A DNA stretch of 64,000 bases, from contig OZ176053.1 of assembly GCA_964247055.1 (NCBI GenBank), forward strand, positions 9,052,001 through 9,116,000, read 5' to 3'. The position numbers and the translations under genes were made by a program. Within the stretch, counting starts at the first letter, position 1. Every line of letters begins with the position of its first letter. A model generated the notes under the pieces. It was not told the origin of the DNA, made no database searches, and saw nothing but the letters and a program-made list of their open reading frames with translations. The stretch comes from Paragordius varius. Lineage: Eukaryota; Animalia; Nematomorpha. Below, one piece after another: positions 50,001-60,100 of this stretch.

Positions 50001-53000
50001 AGGATAAAAATAATTATAATAATGTTATTTTAATGCGAAGCGAGAAAAAAAATGAAAACAATTTTTATATTAGGGATTTGCATAGGCGATTTTTATTTTT
50101 CTTGTTTCGCATTATGATCATAATAATATCTATTATATGTATTTATCTTTAAAAAAATACTTTAACTAATTTATAAATAATAATTACAAATTAATCATAA
50201 TTAACACTTTTAGAGCAGTATGTTAGAAAACGCAAGTTTACCTCAAACCCTTCCTTCAAACAATTCAATTTAGCCAAGGCTTGTATGCAAGATGCCACAA
50301 ACTTGAGACTATCACTTTCTAGTTGGATAGCAAGCTCATTTTCTGGACTGCTTGTATAATTTAGCGATGATTTCGTATCATCAGCATCCTTAAACATTCT
50401 TTTATTTTGCCAAATACCACCGCCGCCACTCTGTGTATAAAAGCGACGATTATTAGCATCTTTATCAGATTCGTCAGAGTCTGTGTCATCGTAATAAATG
50501 TTATTATTATTATTGGATTCAGAATAAAAATTGCTTTTCATAGAATTGGCTACCATTTCATCGATTGAAGTACGCACAATTGGTTTAGAGTTATTATTTG
50601 TCGATATTGTATTTCGAGTATACGGTGATGGTGATGAGAGTTTGACACTGTATAATTTTTCTAAACATTGAGCAATTAATGTATATAAAATACCAGCATT
50701 ATTGAAAATGAATTTTAATATAACATGAATAAAATATGGAGACACTAAGTTTTAAGAACATGTTAAACTTTGAAACACATCAATTATCATGTCTAAATTT
50801 TAAAGATAAATATACTAATCGACGATTTAGTACATGTTGTCAACTTTAAAAATTTAGTGTATTACATTTAAAAAATATAATAACACCAAAAACAAACCAA
50901 TTATTAAGGTAAAAAAAATAAAGTTTGGAATAGGGATCATGACACTCTTTTGATGAAATTTATTTAAAATTAGTATTAAAAACAAGAAAAATCAAACTAG
51001 TAGCTAATTCCATGTGCTGTCTTATGTTTTCGCTGTCAGAATCAGAGCTAACACCACTTTCATTGCTGATGGTCAAATTACCAGTTTTATATGTTAAATC
51101 TCTACTATTTTGCCATTTTTTATCATAGTCATGGTGAGATGAGATTGGTTTATAGTTTCCCAACATGGTTGTTTTAAGGTAGAGATGTATCCTTAAATCT
51201 TGAATGATTTGAAGATAAATTTTCTGTATATAGATTTAAGATAAATCGGATATAACCACATAATTTAGATAGTCGTTAATAAAAAAGCGATATGTTGTGC
51301 TCATAGAGTCGGAACACAATTTTATACCAATGGATATTTTACGGATGCGGGTGCCGGTCACATAAATAGTATACAGGTTATGCCTAAAGAATTTACTTAT
51401 TTTCTATCACGAACGTTAAATTCATTAAAATTATTTTAAAAATATCGCAATTTCTTCACCAAATATTAAAAAGGAAATTTTTTTGCTATTCAAGGTAAAA
51501 CACTCTTTATTTGAAAATATGGCGTATAGCATCAAACATTAATTCAGTTGTAAGATTTCGGCTAAAATTTTAAACAGCCTTTTTAAAAAACTCTCCAGAG
51601 AAGTGAAAAGTACTAATGCTACTTATCATTGGTGTGGCCTAGATCACCTTTGGTGAACTATCAGCTAAGACCAATTCGGGATGTTCTGCAAAAACAAGTA
51701 TGCCACAGAGGCATCTAAAAATCAAAACCTCGCCTTAGCCAGTCTCAATTTTACAAAGATCCCGGTAAACTTCAATTTTGAAGTTTAAGCATTGCCATAA
51801 TTTATTTTATAATAATCTATACATTTTCATAACATACTCTATTTGAAAACAACTGTTTAAAATATTTAAAAAATTGTTCCCCAGTTATAGAATGGTTTTA
51901 AAGTTAATTTTAAACAATATATAATATTTTTATCAAGTGTTATTAATATTCCATAAAAAATACCAAATATTGCGAAAAAATTAGACGAATTTTTAGAATG
52001 ATACAATTCTCAACTTCAAAGACGATATTTGAAATTATCACAGTATAGATATTTTTGTGGTCTACTCTTAGTGAAATGTAAAAAAAACTATATTTTTACA
52101 AAGTAAGTTATTAGAGAGGCTCATAGTAGTCAAATATTAAAAATTGATTGATATAAAAGTAGTCGTTTGGATTTTGGAGATTTTAGAAGCATTATTCAAT
52201 GTGTTATATTTTATAATATTTAAAAAATAACAAAATCTTTTTCGCATTTAACAAATATAATGCTAAAACCACCCATAAATAAGTTGGTTTAGGAGGGAAA
52301 TCGATACTTTAACGACTAGTTATGATAGGAGCTTATATATATTTGATAAGGTGAATTGATATTTTTATATCAAGGTTATAATTACATCTTTTTTTGTGAT
52401 AATTTCGGCTCTGATTTCCCGCAAACCATCAATCTGTTTTAAATCAGTCTCTAATATTTTGGCTTTAACATTTAACTTTAAATGATACTTGAGTTATTAT
52501 ACATTTCTGATAACGGATAATAGGTTTTGCTTAGCAACCGTTTTTCAATTTTAGCTGGTACACTCTTTATATAGTCTCTTAAGAAAATTAATCTAAAAAT
52601 ACATTTTTTCTAACAATTCCAATATAAATTTTTGTTGCAAGCCATCAGACCATAAAACTTTCAAATCGTCTCGTTTGCAATTTAATAAAACCTTGGAAGA
52701 CTGTAATTTCTCTTTTACGTCTTTAACCGTTTTCATTATATCTATATTTTAAAATGTTTTACTTATCATATTGGTGGATATCTTGCTAAATGTTTGAATT
52801 ATAGTAGAAAAATCAGATGCATTTTCTAAATTTAATTATTTTATTACCTGAAATTAATTTATCCAAAATTTCATCGCTTTCTCTATAAGCCTTTTCTAAT
52901 TTAGCTTTTTCTATTTCTCTTTGCTGATAATTTTCACTGAATGTAAAAGTTAAAATACCTAGTCGATAGTGATCTTATAACGCTCATCAAGAGACTTGAA

Positions 53001-53038
53001 CCCTCGTTTTTTCCCACACTTCTATTTTGCATGTCCAT
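38065..53038 (-). CDS. EXOC4: Exocyst complex component 4 (Sec8), over 20 exons. 5' exons 53038-52959, 52936-52848, 52825-52763, 52741-52603, 52577-52489, 52462-52386; stop at 38065
   Basis: Spliced N-terminus SSLLMSVIRSLSTS...KAKLEKAY...LLNCKRDDLKVLWSDG; internal DLRIHLYLK, YDIIDVWAVIQSVLQ, MVCKPDVKN, SAMWVKDEDINRFLRSLPNW, LALLHESLEWF, CLLVLHLEIRVHCF, LNRDLSLFEETLSTSLQKHK; C-terminus [24 protein letters not shown]...LQRLEEL. Exon structure near 39200-39570 and 50650-51000 unresolved. Confidence 0.93.
42470..42605 (-). mobile_element. Possible degenerate tRNA-derived SINE in an EXOC4 intron
   Basis: B-box-like GAGTTCGAACCCC on the minus strand in a locally GC-rich patch; A-box weak; no cloverleaf or TSD identified. 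Confidence 0.3.
46000..47523 (+). mobile_element. Degenerate RTE-like LINE in an EXOC4 intron (antisense to the gene)
   Basis: Broken motifs IPTDW, DMEKR, GLPWELY..DD and HRLGYYGHIQR; (TATC)n tail ending ~47523. 5' boundary approximate. Confidence 0.75.
48450..49000. repeat. Degenerate ~155-bp tandem repeat in an EXOC4 intron
   Basis: aaatgcgcca(c)catagaatga...tttgaggcaattttt...catggaatcaa...ttccaggtatt recurs at ~48746 and ~48902, with weaker copies near 48485 and 48650. Confidence 0.65.
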
Positions 53039-53091
53039 GTGTAATACAGAACAAAATGCGAATTTATGCTAATAAATTGGTTACTGTATTA

Positions 53092-55049
53092 CAGTCATGT
53101 CTATATAGAATTGTCTTTTTTTTTTATTTAAATGATTATAATTTTTTTTTAATTGTTTTGATGTTTGATATGTCAACTTTCAACATGCGCATTTTTAAGC
53201 CTTAAAATAATAATAGCCTATTTAGTGTAAGAATTTTTAATTTATAATTAAAAGATGTTGCAAAATATTATTCTTGAACATTTTATCTACAACATGCGCA
53301 TGTAATTTATGATAACCAAGTTTAATATATGTTTTCATTTTCTAGGGGTTTTTAACATGCACTTAAAATATATAAGAAAACCCAAGCAGATGTCCATTTA
53401 ATCTCTATATATATAAAGAAATAAATCATAAATCTAGAGTTATTTTAAAAAATTATGAATATCAACGATAACCCATTATTTCTTCTTTGCTCGGCAGCTA
53501 GTGTACTTGAAGGTTTATATTAAAAAATAAAAATTCAGAACAAAATCCAATATTAAAGGAAAACATAGCTCCCTCAGTTTATACTTTTGAATCGGATACA
53601 AGTGAAGAGTCTTCAAGTATTTAAAAATAACAATTCGTAGTATCTGATTTGGATGTTCCATTGAATGAAAATGAATTATCTCGTGAAAAAATAAAACATA
53701 AAAGTATTAATATTTTTTAATTTTAGAACATAATTTTTGGAATAAGGAAAAAATAGATAGAGCTAAAAAATTATTTTTTGATCCCACAAATTTGGAAAAA
53801 CCCTCAAATTATTTTTTGGATTATTTTGATATGTCCTTAACATCTATAAATATATTAAGAAGAAAAATAATTCTTGGGAATTCTACTGATAGAAATAAAT
53901 CTGGTCGGCGTAACAAATTCAGAAATCCAGAAATAATAGATGCTGTCAAAAGATTAATAAACAATGATTGTGAATTAACAATCGATGAAATAATGGAACA
54001 AATACCAGACCATATTAAAGTATGCAGAGCAACTATTTACAAAATTCTCTCGGATTCAGAAATTACTCGAAAGAGGTGTATTTTACAACCTCGGGAACGA
54101 AACACCCCAGAGAATATAGAAAAGCGTTATAATTATGCCAGATTGGTGAAAGATATTCCACAGGAAAAAGTTTTTTTTATTGATGAGTCAGGCTTCAGTT
54201 TGAAACTTACAAATATATGGGGTAGAGCTCCAAAGGGCAAATCTCCTATTGTAGAGGGATTTAACAAAGGTAAAATTTGAATTTATTTTAGGAAAAAATG
54301 TTTCATTGATATGTATGATTGGTTGTCAGGGAGTTATTAATTACAGAACAAAAGAAGGCGCCTTTAGAGGCGATGATTTTCGAATTTTTTTGACGGAATG
54401 TTTAACAAGAATTCCTGAAAGTTCAATAATTTGCGATAATGCACCTATTCACAAAGCCGCGGTGTTAGGTGACCTAAGGAATAAAATAGTTTATTTACCT
54501 CCATATTCGCCACAACTGAATCCCATTGAATGTTTTTTTCATGAGATTAAACATCAATATGATAAAAAACCCCGGTGTAGTACCCCTCTAGAGCAACATA
54601 ATAAAATTGCAAGACTTTGCGAAGAAAGAAGGGAAAAAAATCTAAAAAATTATTATAATTTTTCTTCACATATTTTGTTGGAATGTATGCAAAGAAAACC
54701 CCTAGAAAATGAAAACAATTATAAATTTATTTAAATATTATAATCAATAAATATTTTTATCTTTTAAATTATATTTTGGTTATGTGTGTTTAAACTTTAT
54801 TAATAAAATTTTATAATTAATATTTTACAAAAGATAAAAATTACAATATGCGCATGTTGTGCATCAAGAATAATATTTTGCAATATCTTTTAATTATAAA
54901 TTAAAAATTCTTACTATAAATAGGCTACTATTATTTTAAGGCTTAAAAATGCGCATGTTGAAAGTTGACATATCAAACATCAAAACAATTAAAAAAAAAT
55001 TATAATCATTTAAATAAAAAAAAAAGACAATTCTATATAGACATGACTG
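53092..55049 (+). mobile_element. Apparently intact Tc1/IS630-like (ITm) DNA transposon with ~210-bp IR/DR-type TIRs
   Basis: TA|cagtcatgtctatatag...ctatatagacatgactg|TA; TIRs nearly identical over ~185 bp; repeated caacatgcgcat motif at 53181 and 53290 and inverted at 54848 and 54949. Confidence 0.95.
53455..54734 (+). CDS. Transposase, 394 aa when spliced, DD30E. Exons 53455-53512, 53539-53616, 53641-53703, 53727-54269, 54292-54734
   Basis: HTH region (LTIDEIMEQI...VCRATIYKIL...ITRKR); FFIDESGF, ICDNAPIHK, YLPPYSPQLNPIE. Removing GT-AG introns of 26, 24, 23 and 22 nt gives one stop-free frame. Confidence 0.88.
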
Positions 55050-57169
55050 TAATATAATTTGGTAGTTTTCTACCCATCGTGATTTTAAATTTATATATTA
55101 TTAGTATCTATGTTTAGCCAAATTATTTATGGCCTTTTGAGATCATTAATATTTATAAATGCATTTTGTATTTCATTGCCATATTTTAAAAAAAATCCTA
55201 AAATTGATATGTTACAATTATATAAGGATTGCATTAACACTCGGATACAACACATTCATTTTAATCCTTCGAGTCATGAGGTACTTGGATACCCCAGGCC
55301 TGTTTAAAATCTAATTCTTTAAAAAATATGGAAGGTATCAAAACCATGGCAAAATTTTGCACTTATAGCATTAATAAACCGAAATATATAAAAATCTTTA
55401 TTCAAAAATACTTGATATTAATTATTTTAAGCTAAAACTTAAAGGTAAAAATTTAGTCAACGTGACATTGTGAAATGGTAAAATTGAAAAATAATACAAA
55501 ATAAAGCGCTTTTTTTTATTTCTATCAATGTTAGATTTAATTTAAATAAAAATTTAGCTTAAAATTAAATGAAGATGATATTTGGCAAAGATTTTCTAAA
55601 ATAAAAATGGTGTCGAAGTAGTTTGACTTGGAACTTTTTTTTTAAAACAAAATTTTATTTAGATATTTTGGCTTATATTATTTTTTTAGGATATAAGCAT
55701 AAATTTAAATCGGACCGTTTTCTTCAATAGTTTTTTAAAATTCCTAATTTAAATTTAGTCTGGGGTATTTACCCAACTTGAATCAAAGAGTTAAAGTAAA
55801 TAACCCCGCAATTTTGTAAGATACTATATAACATTTCAACGAAAAACTAATAAACATTAATAAGTAAGATAACTTTATTATTTTAACAAATTTTAGGTTC
55901 CATTTTTAGATACTATTCCCTTGAAACAACATAATATACATAAGAGCGTTTTAAAGTTTAAATTTTTAAAAATGCCAATGTTATTTTTTTGAAAAAGAAA
56001 TAATTTGTGGCTAACAGAACAGTGTAGGATGAAAATTATTTTTCAATACATTTTTAATATTTTGATGTATGCGCCTACAAAATATAGGTAGCTTTATAAT
56101 TATTTATATGTAAAATCGTCCTTGGTTCAAATAATGAAATTATATTTTCAGCTATTTGGTTTATACTGATAATTAGTTTTCTAGTTTAATTGGTAGAAAT
56201 ACACAAATGACTGTAGAAGTTACGAATCTTAAAAATTACCGCATTGTATCTATGGGCAAATAAATACTTTGTTAACGTGGATGGGGATTTAAATTAAACA
56301 CCAAAAAAAATAAAAAAATAAAAAAGAACCACAGATTATCAATATTTTGGCTATAGTTTTTAAATTAGGCCCAACTTTCGAAATAAACCACTATTATCTA
56401 ATACAAATAAACCTACATATCATATAATAATTATATCCAAAACTTTATCTGTAGCATTACCTGGGAAACCATTAAATTATGCTGATAAGGTAGTAATTAT
56501 ATCATTTTTATAAGGCTTATGATTTTTGGACCATGCATTTAAAAGTCTTAATATAAAATATTTATTAAACAAAAGTCGAAATGTATGGTTTTTTAATCAT
56601 AAAGTACGGCTTTGATAGATCTCAGAAAATAATTAAAATTATAGATACCTGGAAACTTTGGTGTAATCGTAAAATTATAATGTAACTGTATCAAACACAC
56701 TTACAATAAAAGTGATGATTCGTGTATATCAGGTACCAGATATCGTGACGAAATATTGAAACGACTTTAAATTAAGTTTAAATTCAATCATGACAAAAGG
56801 GGGTAACGCATGAAGTTGGCAAAATATCCGATAAAGTAAACGAGAATGGTTTAATATGTTAATTAAGCATTAACATTTAGGGTCAACGGTTAAAATACTA
56901 ATAAACGGTAATTTTTATATTAGGATAAAATACATTATACGAGAAGCGATGGTTGATTATGGGTAGCACTTTCATGAGTTTAGGGTATATGTATTGGATA
57001 ATCGTTAAAAATGTTTAAATGTTGGAAAATTATATTATAGCATTGGTTACAAAAATGAGATGTGTGGAAATGATTGATTGGAGGAAATACTTATATTATC
57101 ACGGTATGAAATCATTATATTAGTATGAAAATAAGAATTCTTATATAAAAATGTTTTGTAGATTTAAGG

Positions 57170-60100
57170 AAGTACTTCAATTAAGACCTGAGTGATAATT
57201 TGATTGTTAAAAGTGACGGTTAATAGCTAGAATTGACATTAGCATGAATATTACCTGATTGTTGTAAAGTGATGGTTGATTGTTGGAGATATTTATATCA
57301 GCAGGAGTAATATTATATTGGTGTAAAATGATGGTGTTAGAAATATTTATATTAACATCGGTAATTTCTAATAAGTGATGGTTGATTGTTGGAAAAATTT
57401 ATATTGGCATTGGTAGGAATATTTAATTGTTGATAAGTGATGCTTGATAGAGAATTTATATTATTTTGGGTAATATTATTTGATTGTTCAAAAGATATGG
57501 TTGATTGTTGGAAATATTTGTATTAGCATGGGTAATATTATTTGATTGTTGAAAAGTGATGGCTGATTGATGGAAATATTTATATTAGCATGGGTAATAT
57601 TATTTGATAATTGAAAAGTGATGGTTGATTGTTGGAAATACTTATATTAGCATGGGTAATATAATTTGATTGTTGAAAAGTGATGGTTGATTGATGATAA
57701 TATTTATATTAGCATTGATAATATATTTGATTGTTGAAAAGTGATGGTTGATTGTGGAAAATATTTATATTAACATGGGTAATATTATTTGATTGTTTGT
57801 TGAAAAGTGATGGTTGATTTTTGAAAAAATTTATATTAGTGTGGGTAATATAATTTGATTGTTGAAAATTGATGGTTGGTTGAAAATATTTATATTAGCA
57901 CGGGTAACATTATTTGATAGAAGAAAATTGTGGTTGATTGTTGAAAAGTGATGGTTGATTGTTGGAAATATTTATATTAGCATGAGTAATCATATTTGAT
58001 TGTTATAAAGTGATGGTTGATTGTTGGAAATATTTATATTTTAATGAGTACTATTATTTCATTGTTGAAAAGTGATGGTTGATTGTTGGAAATATTTAGA
58101 TTTGCATGGGTAATATTATTTTGTTGAAAAGTTTAGGTTATTGTTGAAAATGATGGTTGATTGTTGAAAGGTGATGGTTGATTGTTAGAAATATTTATAT
58201 TAGAATGAGTATTATTATTTGATTCTTGAAAAGTGATGGTTGATTGTTGGAAATATATATGTTAGCATGAGTAATATTATTTGATTGAGTGATGGTTGAT
58301 TATTGGAAATATTTATATAAGCATGGGTAATATTATTTGATTGTTGAAAAGTGATGGTTGCTTGTTGGAAATATTTATATTTACATGTGTAATTTTATTT
58401 GATTGTTGGAAATATTTATATTAGCATGGGTAATATTATTTGATTGTTGAAAAGTGATGGTTGATTGTTGGAAGTAGTATATTAGCATGGGTATTATTAT
58501 TTGATTGTTTAAAAGTGATGGTTAATTGTTGGAATTATTAATATTATCATGGGTAATATTATTTGATTCTTGAAATGTGATGGTTGATTGTTGGAATTAT
58601 ATATATAAGCATGGGTAATTTTATTTGATTGTTAAAAAGTGATGGTCGATTGTTGGAAATATTTATAATAGCATGGGTAATATTATTTGATTGTTTAAAA
58701 GTGATGGTTTATTGTTGAAAATATTTATATAAGCATGGGTAATTTTATTTGATTGTTAAAAAGTGATGGTTGATTGTTGAAAGGTGATAGTTGATTGTTC
58801 GAAATATTTATATTTTAATGGGTACTATTATTTCATTGTTGAAAAGTGATGGTTGATTGTTGGAAATATTTAGATTTGCATGGGTAATATTATTTTGTTG
58901 AAAAGTTTAGGTTATTGTTAAAAATGATGGTTGATTGTTGAAAATATTTATATTCGCATGGGTAATATTCTATGATTGTTGACAAGTGATCCTTGATTGT
59001 TGGAAATATATTTGCATGGGTAATATTATTTGATTGTTGAAAATGATGGTTGATTGTTGAATGATGGTTGATTGTTCGAAATATTTATATTTCTATGGGT
59101 AATTTTATTTTGTTGAAAAGTGATGGTTGATTGTTGCAAATATTTATAATAGCATGGGTAATATTCTTTGATTGTTGAGTGATGGTTGATTGTTGGAAAT
59201 ATTTATATAAGCATGGGTAATATTATTTGATTGTTAAAAGTGATGGTGTTGGAAATATTTATATTTGAATGGGTAATATTCTTTGATTGTTGAGAAGTGA
59301 TGGTTGATTATTGTAAGGTGATGGTTGATTGTTCGAAATATTTATATTTCTATGGGTAATTTTATTTTGTTGAAAAATACGGGTGATTGTTGCAAATATT
59401 TATATAAGCATGGGTAATATTTTTTTGATTGTTGAAAAGTGATGGTTGATTGTTGCAAATATTTATATTAGCATGGGTAATATTATTTGATTGTTGAAAA
59501 GTGATGGTTGATTGTTGAAAATATTTATATTAGCATGGGTAATATTCTTTGATTGTTGACAAGTGATCCTTGATTGTTGGAAATATATTTGCATGGGTAA
59601 TATTATTTGATTGTTGAAAAGATGGTTGATTGTTGAATGATGGTTGATTGTTCGAAATATTTATATTAGCATGTGTAATTTTTTTAGATTGAAAAGTGAT
59701 GGTTGAATGTTGGAATTTATATAAGCATGGGTTATATTCTTTGATTGTTGAAAAGTGATGGATGATTGTTGGAAATATTTATATGTGCATGGGTAATATT
59801 ATTTGATTGTTAAAAAGTGATGGTTGATTATTGTAAGGTGATGGTTGATTGTTCGAAATATATATTTGCATGGGTAGTATTATTTGATTGTTAAAAGTGA
59901 TGGTGTTGGAAATATTTATATTTGAATGGGTAATATTCTTTGATTGTTGAGAAGTGATGGTTGATTATTGTAAGGTGATGGTTGATTGTTCGAAATATTT
60001 ATATTTCTATGGGTAATTTTATTTTGTTGAAAAATACGGGTGATTGTTGCAAATATTTATATAAGCATGGGTAATATTTTTTTGATTGTTGAAAAGTGAT

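Noticed and set aside
55110-56760. Hypothetical + strand gene (ORF 55110-55307 plus patches such as LPGKPLNYADK|AYDFWTMHLK)
   Set aside because: One plausible 25-nt intron, but the frame closes soon after and no homology was recognised; mentioned only as a possibility.
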